A DNA stretch of 64,000 bases, taken from positions 5,728,001 through 5,792,000 of the forward strand of contig OY761556.1 in the NCBI GenBank assembly GCA_963664705.1. The letters are read 5' to 3'. A model generated the notes under the pieces. The model was given only the letters and a program-made list of their open reading frames with translations, was not told where the DNA came from and ran no database searches. Made by a program: the position numbers and the translations under genes. Of the stretch, positions 8,470 through 18,386 are shown in pieces (position 1 is the first letter of the stretch; each line of letters starts with the position of its first letter). This DNA is from Acidobacteriota bacterium (GTDB taxonomy: Bacteria; Acidobacteriota; UBA6911).

Positions 8470-10070
8470 GTGAATCGGCTCCCACAATCCTAATTGTCGA
8501 TGATGATGAGGTTATTCGAGATAGCTTTTGCGAGTATTTTTCCAGGCTTGGTTGGAGTGCCAATGGAGCAGCGGACGGGGAAGCCGCTCTTCAGTTATTG
8601 CGTACAAGAAATTGGATATGCGATTGCATTGTGCTCGACAAAAGGATGCCCAAAATGGACGGGCTGACCTTTCTGGAAACACTGCGACGAGAAGAAGCTC
8701 GAAATCCTCGTATACCAGTTATCGTTCTGAGTGCATATGTTGAAAAGGACGCCGACAAAGCAAGCTTCGAGGAGGGTGGCGTTGCTTTTGTGTTTGGGAA
8801 GCCGCAGCCTTGGGATCTTATGGAGGCCGCCGCTAATGCTATTACTTCCTCAAGAACCAAGGCTCAACAAGCGCAAGAGGTCGAGCATGCCATGTCAGTG
8901 CATGCGATCGACAAGGTAGTGCGCCAACATGAGGATCTTATTGAGGAATACTTTGAGACGAAGAGCAGTGAATGCAGCATGGCTTTCCACCAGATAGAAG
9001 AGCCGCTTCTTGTTGTGGCCAGACGATGGAATTCTTGGTATCCGAGTTTCTTTAACGTGGCCGGTGGAGCATACGCTATTGTATTTCCAAAATATAATGC
9101 AATGGATCCCAGAAATCGTGTTGTCCTTATCGACCCAGGATTTCGGTCGCTGGAGATCCTTTCCGGGATCGGGCTGTCGGTTCAGGATATGGAAACATGC
9201 GTAGTCACTCACAACCATCCTGATCACCTGGGAGGGGTATTTGAATACATCGCCTGCCGCAACCAAGCCGGTCTCCCAACGGCGTTTTCATGTAATCCTT
9301 CAACGAGACGGATACTTGGCGAATTGGCGAACAGGAACCTTATAGCAAGGGAATTGCCTGACCAAGGGAAGAAGGACATATTGTTGGATTCTTACCTCGA
9401 TTTCATGGGGAGATATCGGTCCCTTGAAGTTGGAGCTTTTGCAACGGATCACCATGAGATCGGTTGGGATGATGATGCCCGAGGTTTGATTCTCACAGCA
9501 AATTCAGGGGATGGTGACGGTGCACTCGGGTGGGATCATTCTTGTCGGGCGGTAATCTTGGGTGACACTGCATTCGTCCCCGTCAGTCCATCGAGAAACA
9601 TCCCTGCATTTTTCTACGGAGACGATAATACCAAAATTGCTGTCCTTCACATTGGTAGTTCCCAGCTAAAGCGGCGAGTTGGAGGACACCTGTATCTCAC
9701 GGGATTATTGCGGCTACTCGTTGCTCTTGCACAGGGCCTTGACGATCGAGATCACGATAGGAAAAATAAGCTTGTTGTACTCATTTCAGAATGGGGCTTG
9801 GAACATGCCACGGCCCAGCAAATAAAAGCGATCTGCCCGGCTGTCAGCGGCTTCGATGATTCAAGCGCTATTGTTGCGACGATATCAGTGCTGCGGAACG
9901 CTCTAAAAGACATGGGCTACGATCGTTTAACGATATTACCCGCCGATATCGGGCTCATGGTCGGCATGGAAAGCGGACAAATATATTTGAAGGACGGAAA
10001 TCGCTTCCAGACAAAGTCGCCAGATAAGGTAAGTTTCGTGCCCGGTCTCGATGGTTTGGAATATTCCTGA
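8466..10070 (+). CDS. Response regulator receiver domain fused to a metallo-beta-lactamase-fold hydrolase
   Basis: REC: ILIVDDD, VLDKRMPKMDG, LSA, GKP; MBL: LIDPG, THNHPDH (HxHxDH), DHHE, GDT; ATGA overlap with the kinase gene. Confidence 0.88.
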   Translation: MSESAPTILIVDDDEVIRDSFCEYFSRLGWSANGAADGEAALQLLRTRNWICDCIVLDKRMPKMDGLTFLETLRREEARNPRIPVIVLSAYVEKDADKASFEEGGVAFVFGKPQPWDLMEAAANAITSSRTKAQQAQEVEHAMSVHAIDKVVRQHEDLIEEYFETKSSECSMAFHQIEEPLLVVARRWNSWYPSFFNVAGGAYAIVFPKYNAMDPRNRVVLIDPGFRSLEILSGIGLSVQDMETCVVTHNHPDHLGGVFEYIACRNQAGLPTAFSCNPSTRRILGELANRNLIARELPDQGKKDILLDSYLDFMGRYRSLEVGAFATDHHEIGWDDDARGLILTANSGDGDGALGWDHSCRAVILGDTAFVPVSPSRNIPAFFYGDDNTKIAVLHIGSSQLKRRVGGHLYLTGLLRLLVALAQGLDDRDHDRKNKLVVLISEWGLEHATAQQIKAICPAVSGFDDSSAIVATISVLRNALKDMGYDRLTILPADIGLMVGMESGQIYLKDGNRFQTKSPDKVSFVPGLDGLEYS

Positions 10071-10437
10071 CAGCATGCCTCTCAGTGCATGTAGTTCGAG
10101 ATTATCTGTTTTATTCAGGCTTGGAGAGGTATCCAACTGCAAGTTTTGCGTTATTTTATCACTCAAATTTTGCGATATTAAAGCGGAACGGAGCAAAACT
10201 CAGCAGTGCAGGGCTGTTCGGAAAATAGACTTTTTGAAACATTTCCCTTGTAGCGAAAAAAATTTGCAGTTGTCCCGATCGTGGTTGGGTCCCCCTAAAC
10301 GGGAAGGGGCCCCAAGGGTCAGACCCTACTGGGGGGGGTGCGCCTGGGGTGCGGAAGTTGCAGAATTTTGCCGCTCTGTGCCGGGTTGTGCCGGGTAGAA
10401 GTCCTTTAAATTCAATGATGCCAATACTTGATTGAAA

Positions 10438-10483
10438 ACTGGCAGTCAGGAGGTCACGAGTTCGATCCTCGTCAGCTCCACCA
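10438..10483 (+). repeat. att site 1: 3' half of tRNA-Ala(GGC)
   Basis: ACTGGCAGTCAGGAGGTCACGAGTTCGATCCTCGTCAGCTCCACCA contains the GGC anticodon loop, T-arm GTTCGA and an acceptor strand with U70 and CCA; the 5' half is absent. Confidence 0.92.
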
Positions 10484-10570
10484 TCAACTCCTTGATTCCA
10501 CTACAACTTAGAGCCTTCGAGAAAATCCCGTTCATTAGCCAGTCCGTGCTTGGGGGTTATTTGGGGGTAA

Positions 10571-10870
10571 TCAGGCTGTTTTGTCAGCCTTTTCCGGTTC
10601 TGCCGCCAGCGCTTTCCCAAGCGCCTCGACAGCCGTTTGTTTGTGATCCGGTGATAGGTGCGTGTATCTGAGAGTCATTGAGATGCTCTTGTGTCGGAGG
10701 ATCTCTTTGACAGTGGCAAGATTCACTCCTGCCATTACGAGATAAGACGCGGCCGTGTGCCTCAGCGTGTGGAAGGTAACCCTCTCCAGTTTGGCGTTCG
10801 CGTGAACGTGGTGAACGCCCCGATTTTTACCGAAATATTTATCATTCAGGTAGACGATTCCGCTGCGTTT
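10571..10870 (-). pseudogene. C-terminal remnant of a tyrosine integrase
   Basis: FHTLRHTAAS...ILRHKSISMTLRYTH box II motifs; the N-terminal part is missing; 5' boundary approximate. Confidence 0.85.
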
Positions 10871-10930
10871 GCGTACTTGGAGTATGGAAGGACAATAAGA
10901 ATTGGTGCGGCAATTCGCGGGAGTTGACGA

Positions 10931-13900
10931 ATGCATCACACAGTCAGGAGATTCGGTGCGTTATTTTTTATTTTGATTGCGTCGCGCTTTGGCCATTCAT
11001 GGACCGGTAATTGGATCAGTGTGGGACTTACCAGTGACTCAGTGCGGGTTGTTGCCGTAGATCCGATGGATGCGCAGACTGTCTATGTGGGCACCACCCG
11101 CGGTCTTTTCAAGACCACCGACGGCGGAACCAACTGGAGCTCCAAAAGCGTCGGTTCAGGAGATGCGATCACGGGTTCACTGGCAATTGATCCGGTTGTC
11201 CCGCTGACGATCTATGCTGGCACCGACAAAGGACTGTTCAAGAGTATGGATGGCGGCGACAGCTGGCGTGCCCTTGCCGTCGGATCGCTGCCCAACTCCA
11301 CAGCGGAATGCTTGGCGATTGATCCGACCGACCATCGCACTGTATATGCCTATGCGTGGGGGGTGTACAAGAGTTCGGATGCTGGCGAAACCTGGATTTC
11401 ACTCAACCTTTATCCCTCGGTGAGAGTACTGGCAATCAACCCGGCGGATCCGAAGATTTTGTATGCAGGCACCTACTCAGGCGTTTACAAGAGCATTGAT
11501 GGAGGAGGGCATTGGAGTTTCCTATCTTCGACCGCGGGATACGATGCGATGGCCTTGTCCATCGACCCGGCCTCGCCCCAAACCATCTATGCCGCCTTTG
11601 GATCACGGGGAGTGTACAAGAGCACAGACGCGGGCAGTACATGGAATGGCGTTCCCATAATTTCTTACCCCGGCAGCAATTTGACGGCCTATTCGCTGGC
11701 GAGAGACCTGACATCTCCTTCAACCGTTTATGCCGGCACGGACTGGGGAGTAGTAAACGCGGATACGAAGAGTTTTCTAGGGAATCCCAACATGCTTCCG
11801 CGATACGTGGCTTCTCTGGCAATCGGTCCGGTAGGGACTGAAAGCATGTTTGTCGGTACCTCCGACACAGGATTATTTAGATTTACCACTGCATCGCTCC
11901 CATCATCGGAGGTCACGATCGCGACGAAACCGGAGGGTATCCGTTTTACCTTGGACGGGGTCGGGTTTATGAGCAGCCAGGTTCTTTCCTCTGTTATTGG
12001 AACAGGGCATTTTATTGGAACCGACTCGCCGCAAACCCTGAACGGGAGGCGATATCAGTTCTCGGGATGGAGTGACGGGGGCGCTATAACGCACACATTG
12101 ATCACGGGAGCGAGCGCAAAAACCTACACCGCAAACTTTACAGCCGAATATTGGCTGACGCTTCTCGCCGGGTCTTTCGGTTTCATAACCAAGAGCCCGA
12201 CGCCCGCAGATGGGTCCTCCTATTATGCTCCCGGAACTCAGGTGCTGTTGACTGCGGTTCCTATGGCCGGCTATGTCTTTGATGGATGGAGCGGTGATCT
12301 TACGGGATCGACCAATCCACAGTGGGTTACGATGTCGGCGCCGAAAACGATCAGCGCAAAATTTTCCCCGCTTAAAGCTGAAATTAAGATAAATACAAAT
12401 CCTCCAGGGCTGAGTTTTACGGTTGACGGTATAACGTATACCACCGCCCAGACTTTCTCCTGGGAGGTGGGCAGCACTCATTTACTGCGGACAACATCTC
12501 TGCAGGGAACGGGCGGGACGCGCTACGTATTTGGCGATTGGAGTGATGGGAAAAGTCTTGATCACGCGTTAATCGTTCCCTCGGTTTCGACGGCCTACAC
12601 AGCAAATTTTGGGACACAGTATCTACTTATGATGGAAGTCTTGCCAGCCGCAGCCGGGATCGTGAGCATAAGCCCTGCCTCTGCCGATGGGTATTACGAT
12701 GCACTGGCGCTGGTGCGTATGACTGCGACAGCGAACAGCGGCTACCTTTTTGCGGGGTGGAGGGGCGACCTTATCCAGAGTGCGAATCCGCTGGCGCTGA
12801 CGGTGTCTTCGCCTTTGAGTGTGAAGGCGAATTTTGCAGTGCTGAATCCGTCCGGGAGGCTGACAGTTGCCGCTGGGGGATCAGGTATTTCAGCCACTCC
12901 CGGGACGAGTTCGACGACGAGTAGCGGATATGCGCTTGTTTCGGTGGATTCAGGGAGTGTACCGTATGGGACGGCTGTCTTCCGGATGCAGCAAAATGGA
13001 ATCACCGTCAGCGAAGCGGGTGTTCCTGCATCACCTCCTACTACCGCAGCCCGTATTTTCGTGGATTACCGATCCGGTGTGAATGCCGTTCCATCGAATC
13101 CCAGTGTGGGTTCGGTGAATATCAACACTGGCATAGCCGTTATCAACTATGGTCCTGCGTCCGCAAGCATCCTGTACACACTACGGGATTCAAATGGGAT
13201 CGTTGTCGCGGAAGGGCATGGCCCGCTAGGATCCAGGCATAGATTCACGTGTTTCATTGATCAGCTGAGGGATGTGGCGGCTCCGGACTTTAGTCTTCCA
13301 TCCAATTTTGAGGTAGGTTCTCTGGAAATACGATCGGATCAACAGATATCGGTGCTTGCCGTACGGGAGACAGTGAACCAGAGAAACGAATCCTTGATCA
13401 CCACTACGCCTATCGCTGACCTGAACCGCATCGTGCCGGCCGGCCCGATATATTTTCCGCAATTTGCGGATGGTGAGGGATACACAACTTCAATAATTCT
13501 GTTGAATACTTCGAATCAGGTTGAGGCAGGAATACTGCAGATCAGGGACAGAGATGGGAATCCGGTAATAGTGAAACAGGCGGGAGGTGCCGCCGGCTCT
13601 GCATTCAGCTATACGATACCGTCTGGAGGGCTGTACCGATTTCAAAGCGATGGATCCTCGGAGACCATGAAAACCGGATGGATAAGTCTCGCCCCAACCG
13701 AAGGGACACAGTCTCCAATCGGATCGGGAGTGTTCAGCTATAATCCACAGGAGGTAATGGAATCGGAATCAGGGATTCCATCGGCCAACGCAACGACGCA
13801 CGCAAGGGTGTATGTGGATCTTTCAGGACATCACAATACCGGGATCGCGATTGCCAACATTTCAAGTGTTGGTTCCACTGTCGCCATAAAGGCTTATTTG

Positions 13901-14275
13901 GATGACGGGGTCACGGAGGCTGGGACGAGCCGGGAGCCTTTGTCATTATCAGCCCATGGATACAGAGCGGCTTTTGCAGACCAACTAGTCGACGGTTTGC
14001 CGGAAGGGTTCAGGGGAGTATTGGATATCAGTTCCATGCAGCCATTTGCGGCATTGACTGTGCGGTCGCTTACAAATGAGAGGGATGCATTATTGATGAC
14101 GACCTTTCCAGTCGCAGATCTGAGTCAGGCAGCCCCCTCACCTGTGGTGTTTCCGCAGATTGCCGATGGAGGCGGGTATTCGACACAGTTCATTTTTATA
14201 GGAACGATCAGTGCGGCGACAGCCACGCTGACTTACTATGACGGAACCGGATCACAAATCCAATTCGGCAACTGA
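10931..14275 (+). CDS. Large secreted protein: VPS10/BNR beta-propeller, InlB-B-like repeats and repeated C-terminal beta domains
   Basis: Signal peptide; repeated KSxDGGxxW Asp-box motifs; YxFxGWSGD repeats; duplicated YFPQFADGxGYxT segments. Confidence 0.8.
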   Translation: MHHTVRRFGALFFILIASRFGHSWTGNWISVGLTSDSVRVVAVDPMDAQTVYVGTTRGLFKTTDGGTNWSSKSVGSGDAITGSLAIDPVVPLTIYAGTDKGLFKSMDGGDSWRALAVGSLPNSTAECLAIDPTDHRTVYAYAWGVYKSSDAGETWISLNLYPSVRVLAINPADPKILYAGTYSGVYKSIDGGGHWSFLSSTAGYDAMALSIDPASPQTIYAAFGSRGVYKSTDAGSTWNGVPIISYPGSNLTAYSLARDLTSPSTVYAGTDWGVVNADTKSFLGNPNMLPRYVASLAIGPVGTESMFVGTSDTGLFRFTTASLPSSEVTIATKPEGIRFTLDGVGFMSSQVLSSVIGTGHFIGTDSPQTLNGRRYQFSGWSDGGAITHTLITGASAKTYTANFTAEYWLTLLAGSFGFITKSPTPADGSSYYAPGTQVLLTAVPMAGYVFDGWSGDLTGSTNPQWVTMSAPKTISAKFSPLKAEIKINTNPPGLSFTVDGITYTTAQTFSWEVGSTHLLRTTSLQGTGGTRYVFGDWSDGKSLDHALIVPSVSTAYTANFGTQYLLMMEVLPAAAGIVSISPASADGYYDALALVRMTATANSGYLFAGWRGDLIQSANPLALTVSSPLSVKANFAVLNPSGRLTVAAGGSGISATPGTSSTTSSGYALVSVDSGSVPYGTAVFRMQQNGITVSEAGVPASPPTTAARIFVDYRSGVNAVPSNPSVGSVNINTGIAVINYGPASASILYTLRDSNGIVVAEGHGPLGSRHRFTCFIDQLRDVAAPDFSLPSNFEVGSLEIRSDQQISVLAVRETVNQRNESLITTTPIADLNRIVPAGPIYFPQFADGEGYTTSIILLNTSNQVEAGILQIRDRDGNPVIVKQAGGAAGSAFSYTIPSGGLYRFQSDGSSETMKTGWISLAPTEGTQSPIGSGVFSYNPQEVMESESGIPSANATTHARVYVDLSGHHNTGIAIANISSVGSTVAIKAYLDDGVTEAGTSREPLSLSAHGYRAAFADQLVDGLPEGFRGVLDISSMQPFAALTVRSLTNERDALLMTTFPVADLSQAAPSPVVFPQIADGGGYSTQFIFIGTISAATATLTYYDGTGSQIQFGN

Positions 14276-14443
14276 TGTGAATCAGGCATGCCCTCAAATA
14301 GAAGTAATCCTTTCCGGCAGTTCCTTTCCCGGTACCTTTGTTCTTCCCTTTTTCTCGCAAATGGGTCTTCACTCAGCGCCAAGCAGCATCCATTGCTAGA
14401 ATAGCAATACCTGTCTGAGAATTTTATTCTGGAGTAATAGGAC

Positions 14444-14467
14444 AATACCCTCTTTAATACCCTCTTT
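14444..14467. repeat. 12-bp tandem repeat AATACCCTCTTT x2, just downstream of the Fic gene
   Basis: Read directly from the sequence. Confidence 0.7.
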
Positions 14468-14475
14468 ATAAGGTA

Positions 14476-15519
14476 TTACCTCTTTTTGCGCCACTCGGCT
14501 CCGGGCCCACGTCCAAGACATTCAACAACCCCCTTTTCCTTGAGGTTGCGAAGAGTTGTGCGAACCATGTCCCGGCTCACTCCGGGACAGGCGTCTTCAA
14601 GTTGGCTTAGCGAGAATGATCCGCGGAACTTGCCAATGGCCGCTTCGATCATCTGTGTTTTGGCTCCTCGCGGACTCCTGATTTGTTCGAGACGATTCTC
14701 AAATTCCTTGTATGCCGATTTGATGATGAAGAGAAGGTAATTGATGTATGGCCAGGGATCATGCTTCCCCTCATGCCAGCCATTAGAGCTTTGTTCGAGG
14801 GTTTCGTAGTATCGTTCCTTGTTTTCTTCTATCAGCCGCTCCATGCTGATGTAACGAGCCACATCGTATCCAAGGTGGTAGCACTGAAGGAGAAGTAAAA
14901 GACGAGAAACGCGGCCGTTTCCGTCACGGAATGGATGGATACAGAGAAAATCCAAATTGAATGCGGCTAGGGAGATCAGAGGATGGATGGATTTCTCCTC
15001 CAGGAACCGGGCGTAAAGTGAGATCAACTCCTTCATAAAGGGCATTGTCTGTTGTGGAGAAACGGTCTTGAAGCGGACTCTAACCCGGCCATCCGGGTAT
15101 TTCTCGATAATATCCCCTTCTTTTTGTTTTAGTTTCCCTGCATCACCGGTTCCACTCCTACATAATCGATGCAGATCAAGGATGCTTTTCATTGAAACGG
15201 GCAAATCGGCGGCACTTTCGTGAATCAGCCTGAGAGCGTCCCGATAGCCACGGACTTCCTCCTCATTGCGATCTTGAAGAGGTGGCTTCCCGAAAATGAT
15301 TGTGCCGACTCGCCGACGGTCAATTTCTATTCCCTCGATACGGTTTGAGGAGACTGCACTTTCAATCAACGCATGTTCCCGCAATGCTTGCAGTTTTTGT
15401 GGAGACTGCCGTACATACAAATCCTGTTTGCCGCGTGACTCTCCAAGATCGGCCAGGTACCATGCCGTCGCCGCTGGGATTGAAGCCAGTCCTGCATCGA
15501 AAATTTTCAGGGTGTTCAT
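14476..15519 (-). CDS. fic: Fic family protein with C-terminal winged helix
   Basis: Complete Fic motif HPFRDGNGRVSR; inhibitory-helix-like SNRIEG near the N-terminus. Confidence 0.92.
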   Translation of the reverse strand: MNTLKIFDAGLASIPAATAWYLADLGESRGKQDLYVRQSPQKLQALREHALIESAVSSNRIEGIEIDRRRVGTIIFGKPPLQDRNEEEVRGYRDALRLIHESAADLPVSMKSILDLHRLCRSGTGDAGKLKQKEGDIIEKYPDGRVRVRFKTVSPQQTMPFMKELISLYARFLEEKSIHPLISLAAFNLDFLCIHPFRDGNGRVSRLLLLLQCYHLGYDVARYISMERLIEENKERYYETLEQSSNGWHEGKHDPWPYINYLLFIIKSAYKEFENRLEQIRSPRGAKTQMIEAAIGKFRGSFSLSQLEDACPGVSRDMVRTTLRNLKEKGVVECLGRGPGAEWRKKR

Positions 15520-15870
15520 ATTTCGATTGTCTATATTTGTTATTTGTTGATATCAATGGCTCTATGGATAACAAATGGAATTTTACCTCATGCGGGGGAT
15601 CCGCGGCCTAGAATTATGTCCCACCTTGTTGGTTGATCTCATTGCCGGCTACTTATCTCGCTTTTCTCGCAGGGTGGGATGTCCATAAATTGCGTTGCGA
15701 ACAGAAAATAGCCGAAAAAACCTTGGGGGTTATTTGGGGGCAAATGGGAGGTAAAAACGGATTTTCATGGACTATGGGACATATCCAATATCCCAACGAC
15801 CGCCAATATCCACAAGGGTTTTCTCAAAATCATTGTGTTTTCATGATTTACGAAAAACCCCCTCACACGG

Positions 15871-15916
15871 ACTGGCAGTCAGGAGGTCACGAGTTCGATC
15901 CTCGTCAGCTCCACCA
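15871..15916 (+). repeat. att site 2: 3' half of tRNA-Ala(GGC)
   Basis: Identical to 10438-10483. Confidence 0.92.
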
Positions 15917-16008
15917 TTCATTTTATTAGACTTACGAATCCTACCCATAAGCCTAGAATCCCTTGGTGGCAACGTTTGGTGGCAAAAAGATGCGGTAAGT
16001 GTCATTGC

Positions 16009-17160
16009 CTAGCCCAAAACCGCTTCAGCGGTATCCGATTTGGTATCGAGTACGTCAACGTAATGAAGCCCTTCTTTGGGTATCCACTTGGCATAATAGC
16101 GTAGGGTTGTTGTGGGTTTTGTATGCCCTAGCTGTGCTGCTACGTAGGTAATGGGAGTACCTGAGGCAAGCAGGAGAGATGCAAACGAATGCCTTAGGTC
16201 ATACATACGGAAATGGCCTATCTTTGCTTTCTTGCAGATGCGGTGGAAGGCTCGTTTGGCGTTGTTCTTGTCGATGTAGGTTCCTGAGAGGGTAGGGAAT
16301 AGCATCTCAGGTTGAGGCTTGCCCTCCTTGAGGTACGTTGCCCGTATCTGTGCGATATGTGATCTAAGCAGGGCAATCATTTCAGGGGATAGATCAACGT
16401 CGCGTTTGAATCCGGTCTTGGTGTATGGCCTGATCTTACCGGAGATGAAGACCTTTTCGATTTGGACAGTTTTTATATCGAAGTGAATATCTTGAGGCGT
16501 CAGGGCAATAGCTTCGCTGGGACGCAATCCAGCTTTGCCCAGCATGGTCAGGAAAGCCCCATAGGGCTTCTCGTCCTTTGCCACAATTAGGAACTTGGTA
16601 AACTCCGCTTCGTTCATGGGGGTTATGTCACGTTCCCGCTGCTTGGTTTTGTGTCGCTTTTTCCTGAATAACATCAAGGCAGGGTTATTCTCGATAATCT
16701 CATCATCCTGAGCGTCGGTTAGCAGGGATGAGAGGACGGAGCGGATTAGACGTACTGTGTCCTTGGCGTAGATGTCACCCTTCTTGGAAATAAGGAACTT
16801 GATATGCCTTCGCTTCAGTTCCCGCACCTTGAAAGCACTGAGCTTCTTCCGCTGTATCTCGAATGGGAGGATGTGGGTTTCGAGTAGGTGCTTGTAGCTG
16901 GAGTGTGTTTGAGGTTCTAGCTGCTTCTCCATTGCTTTGATCCAAGCATCCGCGTACTCACCAAGTGCAACGTTGATGTTCCAGACGCCCGTGGTTTCAG
17001 GCTCTTTCTTGGCTTCCTCAACGCACTCAGCGAGCTTCTCAGATACTAGCTCCTTGCTTTCCGCTGATACCCTCCTTCGTTTGCCGTTGACATAATAGAC
17101 CGCCTCATAGGTTCTTCTGTCCTTTCTGGCTCTGGTCTTCCCGATTGTCACGGTTGCCAT
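16009..17160 (-). CDS. int: Tyrosine recombinase/integrase
   Basis: GLRPSEA, YDLRHSFAS, LGH and TTLRYY catalytic motifs; N-terminal arm-binding-like region; adjacent to att. Confidence 0.95.
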   Translation of the reverse strand: MATVTIGKTRARKDRRTYEAVYYVNGKRRRVSAESKELVSEKLAECVEEAKKEPETTGVWNINVALGEYADAWIKAMEKQLEPQTHSSYKHLLETHILPFEIQRKKLSAFKVRELKRRHIKFLISKKGDIYAKDTVRLIRSVLSSLLTDAQDDEIIENNPALMLFRKKRHKTKQRERDITPMNEAEFTKFLIVAKDEKPYGAFLTMLGKAGLRPSEAIALTPQDIHFDIKTVQIEKVFISGKIRPYTKTGFKRDVDLSPEMIALLRSHIAQIRATYLKEGKPQPEMLFPTLSGTYIDKNNAKRAFHRICKKAKIGHFRMYDLRHSFASLLLASGTPITYVAAQLGHTKPTTTLRYYAKWIPKEGLHYVDVLDTKSDTAEAVLG

Positions 17161-17187
17161 CTGTGTTCCCCTCCTTCTATCATTAGC

Positions 17188-17628
17188 TCAGCTCCTTTTC
17201 TGATTGTGCATCCTGACCACCAACCTAGCCAAAATCGCTATCGTCAGCGTAATTGGTCTCATCTGTCCTTCTCTTGGATCACCCCTTTCAATCCGTGCGT
17301 AGTGGTTTATGGTGATACCCAGACGTTGAGCAAACTCAGCCTGTGTCCATCCTGCAAGGTCACGGAGTTTACGAAGCTCAGCGTGATCCATAGGGGTGGA
17401 GTCGATGTAGGCTTCTGCCATGGCGGGAAGAGACAGGGCTAGATCCGCTACCCCCCGTTCCTTCTCCGCTATCAGGTGCTTGATGAAGTTCACTGCCATT
17501 TGGGACGGTTTACGGGTTCCGTTCTCCCACATAACCACTGCTAAACGGGTTATGCCCAGAGTGGATGCCAGTTCCCGCTGATTAAGCCCAAGTCTCATAC
17601 GCATGGATTTCATTTGTTCTGGGGTCAT
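17188..17628 (-). CDS. Transcriptional regulator with two tandem XRE-family HTH domains
   Basis: LNQRELASTLGITRLAVVMWENG and WTQAEFAQRLGITINHYARIERG; start set at MTPEQ. Confidence 0.85.
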   Translation of the reverse strand: MTPEQMKSMRMRLGLNQRELASTLGITRLAVVMWENGTRKPSQMAVNFIKHLIAEKERGVADLALSLPAMAEAYIDSTPMDHAELRKLRDLAGWTQAEFAQRLGITINHYARIERGDPREGQMRPITLTIAILARLVVRMHNQKRS

Positions 17629-17645
17629 GCGGGATAGATTACTAT

Positions 17646-17660
17646 GTATACATTGTATAC
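17646..17660. promoter_or_regulatory. Palindromic operator candidate GTATACATTGTATAC upstream of the XRE gene
   Basis: 7-bp inverted repeat around a 1-nt centre, directly upstream of the regulator. Confidence 0.45.
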
Positions 17661-17951
17661 TCAAGTAAAATCGTACGAAGGGAGTAGAATCTAGCCTAGG
17701 CTAACGGTAGATGGAATGGGGGAATGGTTCCTATATGCCTGATAATGGCACTAAGGAAGAGATAAGCAGGTAGGGATAATCGCCCCTAAAGGGGCGGAGA
17801 GGGGATTTTGTGACACAAGGCCGATATGCCTATAGGCTAGTAGATGATCGTGCCTCTAGGGGCTTCTGGGAGGGATAGAAGGTGCAATAAACATCAACCC
17901 CATCGGGATTCTTGACGTAAGAACATAGAACCTTATCTCTGGGGGTGTTCA

Positions 17952-18302
17952 ATGAAGGGTATAGCAACCATTGCGGTGTTCGTCCTGATGATCGTTGCCT
18001 GTGCAGTCTATGTATCCGCTCAACAACCTGACACAACGACCAAGGAATATCAAAAAGCTCGGGAAGCCTATGAAAGGCTGTTAGCCAAATATCAGAGCGG
18101 TGACAACCCCTATGTGGTGGGGAATGGCGTAAGAGCCCCCGTGACCACCGTGACCCTTTGCACAGGTCCAATCAAAGCAGAGGGTGGAATCCCAAAGTGC
18201 CAAGCGGTCCCAACGGTTTCTGGAACACTCCGTATAGTCATGCAGGACGGGACTGTGCAGGAGATTGATCTGGCAAAGGTCAAGGGGATGACGGTGCAAT
18301 GA
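17952..18302 (+). CDS. Small exported hypothetical protein
   Basis: Signal peptide ending AVYVSAQ; two Cys in the mature region; paralogous to 36482-36706. Confidence 0.75.
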   Translation: MKGIATIAVFVLMIVACAVYVSAQQPDTTTKEYQKAREAYERLLAKYQSGDNPYVVGNGVRAPVTTVTLCTGPIKAEGGIPKCQAVPTVSGTLRIVMQDGTVQEIDLAKVKGMTVQ

Positions 18303-18386
18303 ACGGGGTGGGTTCCTTTGCATTATCACGGTGGTTCCCTTTTATCCCGGCAAGCGTTGTCGGCAAGTGTCCAGAAAAGTACGTTT

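Larger units (their letters stand above)
10484..15916. mobile_element. Integrative element B (5.4 kb, decayed): integrase remnant, large secreted protein, Fic
   Basis: Bounded by two tRNA-Ala 3' repeats; identical 19-bp CTTGGGGGTTATTTGGGGG at 10549-10567 and 15722-15740. Confidence 0.8.

Noticed and set aside
8466-10070. Antibiotic-resistance metallo-beta-lactamase
   Set aside because: No signal peptide, fused to a receiver domain, and the motifs fit nuclease/PDE-like MBLs better
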